The position numbers and the translations under genes were made by a program. The notes under the pieces are model-generated. The model ran no database searches and was not told where the DNA came from. It saw only the letters and a list, made by a program, of their open reading frames with translations. This document shows, in pieces, positions 33,724 to 48,439 of a stretch of 64,000 nucleotides of DNA; within the stretch, counting starts at the first letter, position 1; every line of letters starts with the position of its first letter. Origin of the DNA: Selaginella moellendorffii (taxonomy: Eukaryota; Plantae; Lycopodiophyta). The stretch covers positions 682,001-746,000 of the forward strand of contig NW_003314261.1 of the NCBI RefSeq assembly GCF_000143415.4, written 5' to 3'.

Positions 33724-36700
33724 CTAGCAGTTGATACCGCATTGCTGAAGGTTTGGCCCCTTGGTCTTTGGAAGGAATGGATCGATCCTGACCCACAGCA
33801 GCGAGAAGATGGAGGCGAGGAGAACCGACCACACGACGACAATGGTGGGCGTCCTGTTTTGCCGTCCCATGAGCCCCTTGAGGAAGGGATACAAGTGGAC
33901 GATCACCCAGAAGGCGAAGAAGATCTTCCCAAACAGCGGCCCCCACGACTGGTATCCGTTGTTGATGGCGTCGGAGATCCCCGCCACCACTCCGATCATG
34001 TTGATGACGAGCAGAGTGGTGGGAGGGATGAGCAGCGTCGTCCACTTGAACGCGTAGAGCTCGCCGAATTCTTCGTCGTCCGAGGTCTTGGATGTGACCG
34101 TGAAGTTCGTGTCGATACCGGCCAGCACCTTGAGGAGACCCTGGAAGACTGCGAACAAGTGCGCAGAGACGCCACCAATGACCCAGAACTGCTCGTTCCT
34201 CCACCACTCATCGATCCCGACGCCGCTCCACCGCATCTCCAGGATACCCGTCGCGAAGATGGAGATGAAGAGCGAGATGAAGAAGAGACTCGCGAAGTTA
34301 CTGATCTGGAGCCAGCAACAAGGACAACCAAGTTAGAAACAAGAGTTTTGTGATTGACAATGCTTCTTCTTCTTACCTCTGGGATGATGAACTTGTTGGT
34401 CAGCAAGCACACGGCGGGGAGAGTACAGTACGCGAGCAGCGGAATGGAGGTGAGGGGATAGACGATGGTGTTGATGTACGCTACTCGTTCCAGAAACTTG
34501 AGGCCGCCGCCATAGCCATACCATATCGGGCAATGCCTGCTAAGCATAATCTCCACGGATCCCAGAGCCCACCGCAGCACCTGGTTGAGACGATCTGACA
34601 GGTTGATTGGAGCTGATCCCTTGAATGCTGCTCGAGGAGGCATGCAGTAGATTGACCGCCACCCGCGGGCATGCATCTTAAACCCTGTCAAGATATCTTC
34701 CGTGACTGAACCATAGATCCATCCAATCTGAGAGAGAAACAAGACGAAACGACCAAGATAAGTTCTCGGTTGAATTCAAGTATTACCACTATACCTCTTT
34801 TCCCCAATCGGTCTTGTCCTCGTAGCCGCAACTAATGACATGGATTGCTTCTTTCAGCAGTGCTGCTGGAGAAGCAGCCTCTGGAACGCCACCATTTTCA
34901 GCCAGTGTTGAAGCAATGAACACGGACGACTGGCCAAATCTCTTCTCGAAGCTCTTCTGGGACATGATGGCCGACTTCTCGTTTTCATATCCTGCGTAAG
35001 AAGATGGTAAGTAAGTCGAGTGCTCTCGACAGCCGTTATTACCTTCCAAGCCTTCTTCAATGCCTTCCAAACTGAAGGCTGAGACGTTGGACTCGGTCCT
35101 GTTGAGCTTCTTTTTGTCCGAGTCCATTCTCTTGGTCTTGGAGGCCTTGGACTTCTTACGAGGTCCACAGCAACACGAGCTCTTCTTGGACGAGTTGTTC
35201 TTCACCGGTGGTTCATATCCATATAAGGCCTGCCTGCGGAACACACATCCTGTACCGACGTACACGGGGCCTTGAACACCATCCAAGCCTCTCAAGTTGA
35301 TCTGGAAGCCAAAAAACGAACTTGTTCAATCAAAAGAAAGACTGTGAAAAAGTAAGAAGTTGCTTACATCAAAGAAGACAGTGTTTCTGTTGGCATATCG
35401 ATCATGAATATCAATGCCATCGAACCTCTGAGGGAATTGGACGTAGCACACACGCTTCCCAACCAGAGGATCCATCATGAAGCACATTGCTTCCCGCAAG
35501 GCCTTGCTGTTATTGATGTAGTGATCACAATCCAGATTCAACAAGAATGGAGCATTTGTAAGAACAGCCGAGACTCGGACCTGGGATCAAGCCAATGGTA
35601 ATGTAAAAAGAAGATTCTACAGCAACTTACCAATGAGTTCATTGCACCGGCCTTCTTGTGGTGATTGAAGCCAGGTCGTTTCTCTCTTGAGACGTATACT
35701 AAACGAGGCAGCTCGTTACCATCTGTGTCATGTCCTCCACTGTGGCCGAGGAAGACCTGCATGTTCCAAATTACAATAAACTGGACTTTCAGAAAATCGA
35801 AACAAACCTGGATCATTCCTGGATGATCTCTCGTGTTGTTCCCTGGCCAGGGTGTTCCATCCTGCATTGTCCAACCTTCTTCAGGCATCTTATGTGCCTT
35901 GGCGACAAGAGCATTGATCCGCACTTTGAATTCTTCGTATTCTCTCTGCAAAGTTTTCATGACGTCAATGAAGAGTTGAAAAGGAACTTCATTCGCACCT
36001 TCATCGCACGACGATCTTTCACAAATGTCGGCTGGACTTTGTCTTTAAGGTAGTCGATCTTCTGAGCAAAGTACATCTCTGGAGCTCGAGGCTCGATGCT
36101 GAACTTCTTGCAAAACGGCACCCATTTACGTGCAAACTCGGATGTTTCTGCCAGTGCCTCGAATGTCAACATGGCTGCACCATCGTCAGACACGTAGCAT
36201 GACACTTTGTCTACGGGATAGTCGACTGCGAGAATGGAGAGCACTGTGTTGGCTGTAACCAGCGGCGGCTCCTTCAGAGGATCCACGGTACTCACGTAGA
36301 TATCCACTGAAGATAGCTGGGACTCGCCATCTCTCTCGTATCTGACAGTATGTCATGAGAAAAAGAGGGCAAGACAGAAGGAATATATGTACCTCAGAGA
36401 GAGTCGATCCAAATAAGTTTCACGATTGATCGGAAACCACTTTGGGAACTGATCCAGGATCCAAGAGAAGGCAAACCAAATTTCGCAAATAACCGAGGTG
36501 AGCCAAAGTCCGTAGGCGTTCTTAACGGGGTTGAGGATTCGATAGCGCAAGAAAATTCCCAGAACAGCCAGTCGGATGATGATAATCATTCGGTAAGGAT
36601 TGATCTTGCTGGAAGCAATTGGAATCTTCCTCGACAATGGCTGACGCGATTCATCCGTCCTGAGAGTTTAAGATCAGTCAGTCGGTAAAGTGTTCAGAAG

Positions 36701-38014
36701 AAAGAATTTAAAAGCTTACAGTGGCGCATCTGGACCGTCAGCCCCGTAGTCACCGCCACCTTTACCGTCTGAGAAATGCTGAGCACCTTCAGTCATCATG
36801 ATGGACATTTTCTCCTGCTTGTGTCTCCAGCTTTCGAGTCGCTCCTTCCAAGCCACACTTCCATAGCCGTAGGCAGACGGATCCTTCGTCGGATCCATAG
36901 ACCTCACTAGAAAAGGAAATAGACAATGCTTAGAATGATATCACTGGACAGGGAATTATCACCTGAGAAGTCATCCGACATAGGATGAACACGTTTATGG
37001 CTTGGAATGACCAGTGCATGGTGTTCTGGGGGTATCTCATTGGGATCCACGCCCTGAGGATACAATCAAGCAATCATTGATCAATACATTTGTTATGGTT
37101 GATATGTCCCTACAAGTACCTCTTGACCATTGGTGAGAAGAGGAAGTCCCGGTGTAACAACGTGAACATTCTCCTCGTCGCCACGTCCATAGCTCATGTG
37201 CCCCTGGAGCATTTCCTCGGTCGTTTGCTGCTGAGGAAGCGCCTTAAATTCATTGTCCAAGTCGTCGACGTCGTCTTCTTCCTCGTCACCCTCCACTCTC
37301 GGACTCCCTGTGTGTGAATCATCCACACGAGTTATGGAAGGTTCGATACAAAACGAAGTCAAAGAAAGAAAAACTAGAAAGAAGTTGTCCGAAGAGTTGT
37401 GATCAATATTAAAGACTGACCAAGAACGAGAATTCACGAGCTAGTGGCATTGCTCCTAAGAAACAAGCAGAGAAAGAAGATCAAAGTACCTTTCTGGCGC
37501 TTGTAGCGTGATTTGCACTGGGGGCACGACTGGTTGCCATCTTTGCGCTCGTACTCGTAGCAAGGACGGCAGACCGGGAAGCCACATTCGTTGCAGGCGA
37601 CGAACAAATCGCCATTCGCGCTCACGCCCACCTCGTCGCCACAAATCTGGCACATCTCGCTGTTGACGCTGTTGAGCGGCTTCACCTGCGAGCACCAAAT
37701 TCCCCCTCCCTCACGTAAGAAATCGCCAAAATCCCCAAAACCTCAGCCGAAATATTTCAAAACAAGGAAGCCAAGAACGATCCAATCGCAGCCAATGCAC
37801 GACCAATTCGAGCAATCGAAGGGATCGCGGGAGATCCAGCATCGCGATGCAGGCAAAACACCGCGGTAGCAAGCTAGCAGCCAAAGAATCCGAGCGAAAT
37901 ATCGCGATTCCAGACGCGCAAGAAAGGGATTGGAAGGATTACCCCGTCGCCCGGGATGACCACCAGCTGATTCATCTGGTGAGATCCAGCAATGAGACCT
38001 GCATTTGCCTCCAT
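33724..38014 (-). CDS. CESA: Cellulose synthase catalytic subunit
   Basis: Multi-exon gene: [12 protein letters not shown] start, zinc finger CQICGD...[16 protein letters not shown]...[40 protein letters not shown], terminal CGINC. Confidence 0.97.
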
Positions 38015-38282
38015 CGCCGCCGCCGCCGCCGCCGCTCGATCCAAGAATCAGGAAGCCCTGCCGCTCTACCAAGCCGGCGCCATGATCATCCAAGAGGAGG
38101 AGGAGGCAGAGGAGGCGCAATTCCGCGAGAGAGAAGAGGAGGAGGAGGGGTTTGAAAAAGAAGAGGAGGAGGAGACGATGTGCGGGCACCAACCGGGGGG
38201 CCCGGCCGGCCTCACGACCCATCACCGACGATACCCTACGATTACAAACGATTACAACACTCCACTAACCATACCCTCCATC

Positions 38283-38456
38283 CTCAAGGTAATAAAACCA
38301 TAGCTCTTGTCACACATTCTTTTCACTCTCTCAAGGTAATAAAACCATAGCTCTTGTCACACATTCTTTTCACTCTCTCAAGGTAATAAAACCATAGCTC
38401 TTGTCACACATTCTTTTCACTCTCTCAAGGTAATAAAACCATAGCTTTTGTCACAC
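38283..38456. repeat. 47-bp tandem repeat, about 3.7 copies, upstream of CesA
   Basis: CTCAAGGTAATAAAACCATAGCTCTTGTCACACATTCTTTTCACTCT starting at 38283, 38330, 38377 and (partial) 38424. Confidence 0.95.
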
Positions 38457-41059
38457 CTTTTCGCTTTCACTAATAAACCACCGCTTTGTCTTTGTTTGTG
38501 CCTCTCACTCTCTCGTCCAAGCTATCGCCACCTCTTTTTTTTTTTCTTCGCTAGTCACTCTCACAGACACTATTTTGTGTCTAACCTCCATTACTTTGGT
38601 CGATTAAGTAGCCTGTCAAGACGAACGAGTGTTTAGCTTTTCTAGTTTTTCTAGAACGTAGCTTTACGCGACTAGTTCTTCGTCTTCCATTGCTGGATTG
38701 GATCTAAAGGCGCCCAGTCCTGGCGGGCATGGCGTCGCTTTCCAACGTCCAACAAACAACTCGAGAGCCATCGCTGTTGGATCTGTCCATTGCTTTCTAG
38801 CACAAGCGTATTCTTGCTTCCGTTGCTCGCTCGCAATCACCCAGCGACCGCTCACAACAAAACAAAATGTGTGCGTTTAAAACTCCGAAAAGAAAAGCGA
38901 GAAAATAAATTCAAGGGAAATATTTCAGAAAACCAGCACTGATCTGAGCTACCAAGAACTTGAAAATGAAGAAAAAAGAAAGAAAGGAAAACACCCGCCA
39001 AGCACGTCTCAGCATGAAGTCACCCAAAGGGGTCCTTCTCACTTTAGAAAAGTTTTATAGTGTTGAAATCGATGCCCTGCAGTTGCCGCACATACGTCGG
39101 GCATCTTCACAAGACGCGATGCTGGATTCTCACTGTACTCCAGCACCACAGGGAGAAACAATAAAAAAAATCCCATGCACGACGATCGATCGATTTCTAG
39201 AGTCTCTAGATCATTCAAGTGAAAAAGTATCGTCGGCTATGTACACAACACGGAGAAGCTTGCCAAGGACGAGGTACTAGTATACACTTCTTTCAATTTT
39301 CATAAGACGTATGCGCTCTTTCTTTTGGAATTGAATCTACGAACTAGTGTTTTCTTGCCACCCTGTTTCTAAAAGCTGTTCCTTGGCTGCATTGCCGAAG
39401 TTCTTCTCAAGGAAGAGTTCTAGAAATGTTGTAAATGTTTCTAGTTCGCGACATTCAACAATGAATCTCCTTTCATCGATTGCTCTCATTTCCGGCCTTT
39501 CCAGAAACAAAAATACCTTGCATACCGAATACCTTGCATTGGCAATGCTTTGTGAAGACAGCATCTGCTAGCTTGCTTGGCGAGGCAATCCGTGAGCGAT
39601 AACAAAATTTGTGTCCAACGACCTCTTTTATGTGTTGAGAGCAAATTCCGAGCTGCTGAATTGATGGATAGTGCCAGCGCAGAAGTGAGTAAAAGCTTGC
39701 AATCAAATATGTGCATATACGTGTGCATTGTTCTAAATCTGAGGTGCCTAATGACAAACATAAGATCCCAACATGATATCTAATACCAAACTATTTATTT
39801 ATATATTCTTTGACAAGGATGTAGCACCTTGTGTTTGTCAAGAATGAAACCATACCCATTGTGAAATCCTACCTTCACAAACGGGTGTTGAGGAAATTTC
39901 AATGTCTTTTTAAGCTCAAGAAATTGAAACTCCTTCAACTAGTTTCTCCCAGGTTCTATGTCTATAGTGGTCAAAGTCCTATGCTTCTTAGTTGGACTAT
40001 GCAGTAAAGTAGTATCTATAATGTGGCTTTAGTTGACGGAGATTTCAGAATATACTTTGGAGAAAGTTTATAAATTATTAGAATTTACTAGAATATTCAA
40101 TAGCATATTTTAGGTATTTAAAATAGTATATTTTATTAATAGTTAAATCTAATATTTATTATAATTAATATGGATAATTAGCTTCAATAAACATAGATAT
40201 CAACCTCTCTTAGGATTCTGAAGCATTTATATGTATAGATTATTATACTTTAAAATTCAAACAAGTTCATTCCACAAAAGCTTAAGCTTACATTTTATTT
40301 AGAACAGTAAAATAAAAAAATCTTAAATGCTCAGCTTAATCCCTTGCTTCTTATTGCTCACAGCTAAACATGTGAAAGGCTATGATTCAAGTGGTTTAAA
40401 AAGCTAGTGTCTCTTCCATTGCTTGCAAGTACTTGCCTGCACTAGAATCAAAGTTTTTTCTAAAGGATCTTAATGATCAATTGAGGTTACAGGGTCTAGA
40501 ATGTCTCAAAGATAAAGAGTTTATTGATTTAAACTGATGCAGAAAAGAAAAAATAAAAAAATTAGCTCATGATCAATTAATCATAACCATTTTTTTTAAA
40601 AAAAAAGGGATAATAATGTAAAGGAAATAGTTATGGGATGAGATTTATCATTATAAATCTTTAAAACCTTAAGAGATAAATAAGGATAGAATAGCCACTA
40701 TAAACTCTATCATTAAATAATTACCTCTTTTCCAAAATATTCCCTAACAAACACCAATGTCATGCAATTAGTTGTATTTCAAAGAAAAGAAAAGAAAAGA
40801 AAAGAGAAATAACCCTCTACCTTTAAATCATAATGAACATAACCACTAAATGCATGAGGCTTAATCCTGATGAACTTGTTTAAACAAGAATATCTACAAA
40901 CCAAACTATACAACCTTTAGATGAGTAAGAAGTACCACTACAAAAAATGCAATAATACATTTGTGAAGGGATGTGAGTAGGATCTAGCTTGTGGTATAGC
41001 AAGCCAACACAGTAAGCTGATCTCCTCCTCCGAGTAGCAATTGGTGATTCCAGCACTCT

Positions 41060-44000
41060 TGCATCAATTCTCTGGAGCTGTAGCAATCTAGAGCAGCACA
41101 AGAGTATTCATGCATGGATGATCAACAATGGAGGGAACCTTCTTTGGCAATCCCTTGGTCCAGAATTTTTGGGAGCAGTGGCAGCATTGACAACACATAA
41201 GCCAAATCCATGACCGAAATTTCTTCTCATGGAAAATCTTGCTCACAACATATGCCTAGAATGGGTGAATGATGCTCATGATGCACTGCTTGGATTGATG
41301 CCTGCCCACAACACTATTGTATGGATGACTATTATGGAAAGGGCGGCCCTTGTAAAATGTGGAATGGCATCCTAGAACATGATGATATACGGTGAATGGC
41401 CATCACAGCAAGAGAGCTCAACTCGTGCTCCTGGATGGAATCTACCCAAACAAATCCACTCTCATGAATCGAGGGAGCTTTGCTAGTGTTTGATCAAAGA
41501 GACCAAGCTCCAGTGTGATGAGCTTCGCTAACTCAAGGGTGATCTATAGAGGCAAGATCTTTAAGAGGATCCGGGCTGACAAGACTCTCATAGCTGGAAA
41601 CACCATGCTCTGGGCTTACACATGAAATGATTGCTCGGTGGAAGCCCACAAGTTCTTCAAGGGAATGGCTCGTTGGGATGTTGTCTTCTTCTCTCGAGCT
41701 TTGAGGCTGCTTGTAGCGCATGTGGTTTTTACCCTTTATCCTATGGTGATTTACTATAGGATAACACTGGAACCTAAACCCTCCATGTGCCACATGTCAT
41801 ATGCCACATAACACATGCCACGTGTCCAAAGGACAATGAGTTTCAGGGCCTTGGGCCACTGAACGAAAGAATGGTGCCAAACTCCCAAGCATGAGGCTAA
41901 GGAATAAAGGAACCGGACCATGGAGCAACTTCTGAGCGTACAACCTAATGAGCGAAGGGATAGGAGCATAAAGCGACTTGGAACAGTCCTAAAGCATTTA
42001 ACATCCCAATGCCAAGATCAGCATGCAAAACGGAGCCAAACAGAGTTTGGCCCTATTTCAACATACCGGTGGCCTAACGTGAGAACATGGGTACTCCACT
42101 AGTTAGCATGGTGTGGACAGACACAAAACAAGGATAGGCACGCAAGGGGGAGTTAAACTATGCCTCAGGTTAGTTGACCATGCTCGACCTACCCACTATC
42201 CTACTATACATTTGGAACCCCCTACAGCTCCCCCCCCCCCCCCTCCCCCCCGCGCATTGAGGAACACATGCTTTGGGCTTTCACCCCAAGCCTCTCTTAG
42301 TATTAGGAGTTAGTCTTTGGGACAAGCTTAAAACTTACTAAATATAGAATAGTGCTAGAATGTGAATTTGGACACGGGACGAACACTATTGTGTTTAAGC
42401 CAATCTCTACATTCCGTAGATATGCCAAATGAGCAAATCTAGACACTTTCCATAAATAACATTTGGGACCGAAATGAGACTAACACAAAAGGCATGATAG
42501 CAAGGGTGTTTGGTAGACATGATATGCTATCATCTAGCGATATTGAGGGACTAATCTCAATATGCGAGGGTTCTTATCAAGTTAGTGCAAGACAGAGCAA
42601 AAAAGAACTAAGAGCTAAGCTGAGTATGCTCAGCTAGAAACACATAAAAGTTCCTACCTTATGTCCATCTGGCTAAGTACAGGTGCTAAGCCCAGTAAAC
42701 TAACAATTGAACAAGAGGGGTTAACAAAGGGAAGCAGTAATACTGACCTCTTGCTGTCGTGTCAGTAAGGAAATAGTATTTGTAAGGACTGACTGACAAA
42801 TAACTTTCAATACCCAAAGTCACATTCGTGACACTCTCCCCCCTTAGGGAAGATCAATGTCCTTGTCGATGTATACTCAAGTCTAAACCACCGCCAAGGA
42901 AACAACTCCAGAAAAAGTTTATGGTGATTACACTATATGAGAAAAGTACCAACTTAAATGAGTTAGGAGGCAACCTCTATGTCTAACATAGATGCGCTAC
43001 CAACTTAGACACCTTTCAGCCGTCGCCGACAAGGAAATGACCAACAGAGTCAGCCACCCTTGTTGCTCTAGGTGTCACCCAACTTACAAAAGTGTGATAT
43101 GCCCTTGCTCGTAGGGACATAGAGAGAGAAGTTAAAGGCCCCAACCTTCTTGAGCAAGAAACAAAACCCGTCGGTAAGGTTTAGATAGACTACTGTAAAC
43201 AGGCAGTTAGAGTTGTTTACATGGTCACGCCCTTTTAACAGAATAAGGAACATCAATAGAGAGGCGGGTTATGTGACCAATCGATAGTAGCTACCCCATG
43301 ATTAAAGATTTCACCATACACATGAAATGCCGAAGCTAGTCTGCCTATACTGGCCCAAACTCAAAGATCAATGGATAGACAATATCAAAGTCATAAACAA
43401 TAATATCTTAGAGACTGAATTATCAATGAATATATCTTAGATTAGAACACAAGAGTAATCCAAGTAAGTTATCATCCGATAAACTAGTAGTTGAGTATAG
43501 GAACCACCAAGATTATCATTTGCAGAAATATAGGATTCACTATCTAACAAAATTCAATAGCTAGTGTATCATCAAAGACACTCAATGACAATATATAACT
43601 ATCAAAAATTGCAAACAAAATGCCAAATAACTTACAAAAAATAACACAAAAAACATAAGTGTCATCAATTGGCAAGCAAGATGCTCGCAAATGTATCACC
43701 CGAAGGAAATAACATCCAAATCTATCAAAACTAACTCGAGCAACAACCAACAGAACAGAATGAATATGGTAAGACCAACAAACACTCATACATGCCAACT
43801 ATTGCACTAGTCAATCTAATTAAATCCCAATCAACAATACGAAGGAACCTAAGTTGCTTTAGCAAATATCAGTAACATTCTATGATGTCTCAAACCCAAG
43901 AGACCAATCCAGAGCAAACCACAAAGAACATATGGTATTGCCAAATGCCAAAAGCCATCAAAGAGAACAATTAACTATCAGAAAAGATTATTAATCATCC

Positions 44001-47000
44001 CATCATTAGAGATATGTATAATTATCGTTGAAGAAATAATCAACCATCCTAAAGAATGGCAAATCATTCTATATTAACAATAATCAAGCAAAACCCTTGA
44101 CAAGGATAATTAACTATCTGAAGATGATAGTTAATTATCACCAATGATTGTTAAATACAAAAGCCAAAGCTAATGAACTAAAATGCCTTCCCCAACAACT
44201 TCTAACAAATGGACCACAAGTATGAAAACTTAAGGAACCAAAACCTCGAAGAAGTCTATAGCCAAGTCTTTACCTAATAATGATCACAAGTCTTGCATAA
44301 ACTAGTTTCAATGCTAAAGAAGAAATCATGGTACAACCCACAATATTCTCCTCAACACATCCATAAGCTAAACTTCATAGTGCCAAAGCTAATGAAGAGC
44401 ATATTTGCATCAATCCAAAAGCCAAGCATAATGAAGCTATGCTCAATAAGTGGTCATTTAATCAATCCTCCATGAATCCATCTATAGCAAAACGTAATTT
44501 GCTTCATAACAAGCACAAGAAAAATCATTAATGATCAATATATCCCATTTTAAATCTAACAAGGATTCAACATTCCAATATCAATCACTAACTCTTCTTC
44601 TCATAAAGTTAGTATAATTCATGACTAAATCACTTTTCAAGGAAAAACTAAAGCTCAACCCCTACTAAACAATCTCATCTAGAACACAACTAACTCAACT
44701 TGCCACTCAACTCATTTGAACGCCAATACAATTGCTAAGTAACAAATGCAACAAATGCCAATAACACAAAGCTACAGCCCAAATATCAACACTTTGCATT
44801 TAGATTAATAAAATTCAATATCAATCCTAAGGAAAGACATCTTCTTTCACTTGTATCTCAACATCCACAATGTCAATGATAAAACATCACTTGAATGCTA
44901 GCAACACCAGAACAAAGCTAGAAGAAAGCGAGAGTGAATCACCACTCAATGCTCTTTAGCAACTAAGCTAGCTAAGGTCGAAGATATCTTAATCAGTACC
45001 TGAGACCAATCCTCCAATAATACTCAATTATAGATAACACATTATTAAGGAGTGAATCACCACATCCAAAACTCAATAAAATCCAACACTATGGATTAAA
45101 CATAACCAAATGATATCGACAAATGTAGAATCGATATGCTAACATGGGAAAACCATATAAGCCTAACGACACAATCCTCTGCAACACCATTTGGTAAAAT
45201 AAGGCCATCACTACTAAATCATCATTGAGCGAAGCAAGTATCAAGCAATTTTTGCTGAAGTTTATAAGCAATCACTAGTCGCAAAGCAACCAATAATCAC
45301 TTTTCAACTTGCCTTTACAAGACCCAAACACTAAACTCACATCATCGAGTCATATACTTGTCCAACATGAACGTAATGCCCTAGGTACGAGATAAAAGTT
45401 CATGGACAAGCATGAACTAAATGACCACTCGAATCCAACTCAATTGCAATAATTTCACTAATGTGTTTAACTAACAGCTCTGAGCATGCCTTGAAGAGGT
45501 TAGTTATACATGATCAACACTTAGTTGAAACTAAAATGAAAACCATGAGATGGACTCATATTAGTACACAACCTCCTCATAGATAAAGTTATAGTACGGG
45601 TACCAACATCTCAACTTTAAACAACTAAGTTGGACATTACCATCCTCAGCTAAGGCGTAGGGCGACCAAGACTAAATCAAGATCAATGAAAGCTCACTAC
45701 TCTCATAGAGTCTTAACAAACTGTAAGGTGCAATTGGCCACTAAGCATAATGTTACAAAAGAAATGCACAAAGGTCACCCTTCTTAGAAAAGCGTAATGA
45801 CCACTTTTTTACACCAACTTTAGACTCTATTTAACTTAATTGCCTTAGCCCCAAAAGTCAGCATCCCTTTTGGGCCGCATCATATAAACTACTTACTAAA
45901 GTTTAAGCCAACCAAAGTCAACTCTAACCCTTTCACTAGTTTGTATTAGCTTATAAAAATGGATTGGTTTTCGAGCAAAGTGATCAATAGATTAGTTATT
46001 GGAAGAGTCTAAGAAAATTTGTGGAAAAATTTTTCCATCCTAGAGAAAGAATGATTCTCAGTCCAGAAATACAAACTTTCAAGACTCAATCAACTTCCTT
46101 CTACATACAACTTCACATAAGTTCACCTCAACACAAATTCTTATAAGCTAATAGTATGTCTAAGTATTGAACATCTTTGCCCATTTTTTCGACATCCAAC
46201 ACCAACATTCGTAAAGTGCAAAATGAACATCCAAGGCTTAATCACGAAAATCATATTTTTGGACATCCACATTGCATTAACACTCTTCTTCAACCACCTT
46301 CAAGATTTAATGTGAAGCCAAAACACTAACAAAAAAAATGACATTGAGAATCAAGTTCCTCATCACCCGAACAACAATGCCACTTCCACTAATATAAGTG
46401 TTAGTGATGTTAATACTTTAATTCACATCTTCTCCATCTAACAATCTACTCCAAGTGCTAACAAATAAACTAACAAGCCATTGCAATTGAATGTTATAAC
46501 CCTTTTATAACACTTTATGGGCAAACTCTCAAGGAAACAAAGTATCAACTTAAACTTAGCATAATTGGACCACTATTGAGAATCTAGTTAAAGCTACTTC
46601 AATATTACTACTTGCAAGTAGACTAACTTCACTATCAACCACTTTGGGGTTGATTATCTTTTATCCAAGCAACTTTGTAAACACATTACTTATTATTACA
46701 TGGATATGATATAAAATCACAATGACTTGATCATCAATTGAGCAACATTATGAATAACACCCATGTCACTACTACAAAGATTTACGTAAGTATCAAGTGT
46801 CAACTAAATTTAACAAAATGCAACATAAATGCCACACTCCATCGATAGAGATTTACAACACTCAACACCACTAATTTTTGTTCACAACATGGACAAACTC
46901 ATACCGCCCTTTATCTGACTAAACTTATAACTAATCCAACACCAAGCTACTCAAGGAGCAATAACAAGGTTCCCCGGAAAAGAATTAAGCATTGCAACCC

Positions 47001-48430
47001 AAATTTTCAATAACAAGCCTAAACAAAATGGTTTAGCGTTTCACTGCTATTCATCCCATAATTCACCATTTCAAAGACCATCATAACCAATATGCACCAA
47101 AGTAGGGACTTTTGATTGCATAATATGAACATAGGCAATGAGTCACACCTTGTTGCAAATCATTTCTCCAATAAGAGAAAATGATTTATGTATTTGATCC
47201 TTTATCTCTAATAACTCTCTTTTCAGTCTCATCTTTGACCAAACCTCAAACTTGCTGTCACACTGCTTTTAGTTCAATCCAAGAAAAGTTTATGAGAGAG
47301 CACGGCAATGATTACTTGAACCAATAGACTAATCCCTATAATCTTGATTGATCCACTTATAATCATGCCTAGGAAGGATCCATTAGTGCCATGCTAAATA
47401 ACTATAGACCAGCTTATTTGCCACTCATAGCAAACCTAGAAAAGGTTTACTTTCACCCACAGTATATAAAATAATTCATGAAACCACTGATAGGCTAACA
47501 TTAATCCTGCCAACTTAGAGTGTAACCTTGAGTTGCTAATGTGCCTCATTCACGAGCCTCCCTTAGTATCAGGAGTTGGTCTCTAGGACAAGCTCAAAAC
47601 TTACTAAATATGGAATGGTGCTAGAATGCAATTTTTTTAGACGAACACCATTGTGTTCAGGCCAATCTTTACATTTTGTAGATATGCCAAATGAACAAAT
47701 CTAGACACTTTCCATAAATAGTATTTGGGACCGAAATGAGACTAACACAAAGTGCATGATAGCGAGGGTGTTTGGCAAACACAGTAAGCTATTATCTAGC
47801 GATATTGAGGGACTATACACGAGAGTTTTTATTAAGCTAGTGCAAGACAGAGCAAAAGAGAACTAAGAGCCAGACCGAGTATGCTCAGCTAGAAACACAT
47901 AGGAGTTCCTACCTTATGTCCATCTGGCTAAATTCAGGTGCTAAGCCCAGTAAACTAACACTTGAACAAGAGGGGTTGACAAAGGAAATTAGCAATACCA
48001 ACCTCTTGCCATTGTGGCAATAAGGAAAGAGTGTTTGTAAGGACTGGCCGACAAATAACTTTTGATACCTGAAATCACATTTGTGACACTACTCAAGTAG
48101 ATGGACTTGGAAGGCAAGCCTCCAAACTGAGTTATGTCACAATGATCTCATGCAACCATGGAGCTGAAGTGCTCACTTGATCTAATGCAAACAACTCAAA
48201 CTAAAGAGTGATCAAGAACTTCCACAGGATTGCACTGGAAGGTGTCCACTTCAGCAAGGTGGTAGTGTTGAGTGTTCTGGAAACTTGCTTTGGAGCCAAA
48301 GAATTGGACAAATGCAAGCTCCTTCATTGCTATGTGGTTGAGAGAGGCTGGTAAATGGGCATCTTGGTTAGGACTATAGCATGCAACATGTATGTCAAGT
48401 ATGGGAGATTTGCCTTGCCTATAGCCCATT
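41060..48430 (+). pseudogene. PPR pseudogene split by an LTR retrotransposon (parts at about 41060-41711 and 48094-48430)
   Basis: Decayed PPR motifs on both sides; the reading EAHKFFKGMARWDVV...ALRLL continues after the insertion as K*MDLEGKPPN, then HRIALEGVHFSKVVVLSVLETC...LHCYVVERG...NMYVKYG. Confidence 0.7.
41712..48088 (-). mobile_element. Decayed LTR retrotransposon, family A (probably Ty3/gypsy), 5' LTR partly deleted
   Basis: Full LTR at 41712-42833 (TG...CA) with the polypurine tract AAGGGGGGAGAG adjacent on the minus strand (42834-42845). Partial second LTR at about 47554-48088 matches 42289-42833. Near-TSD CTGCT/CTACT. The interior has no long ORFs. Confidence 0.8.
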
Positions 48431-48439
48431 CTTAGCTAT

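Noticed and set aside
33371-34353. Overlapping ORFs of 229-278 aa at the CesA 3' end
   Set aside because: Alternative-frame and antisense shadows of the GC-rich last CesA exon.
38283-38456. CRISPR-like array
   Set aside because: Units are contiguous and identical with no unique spacers; eukaryotic context and no cas genes.
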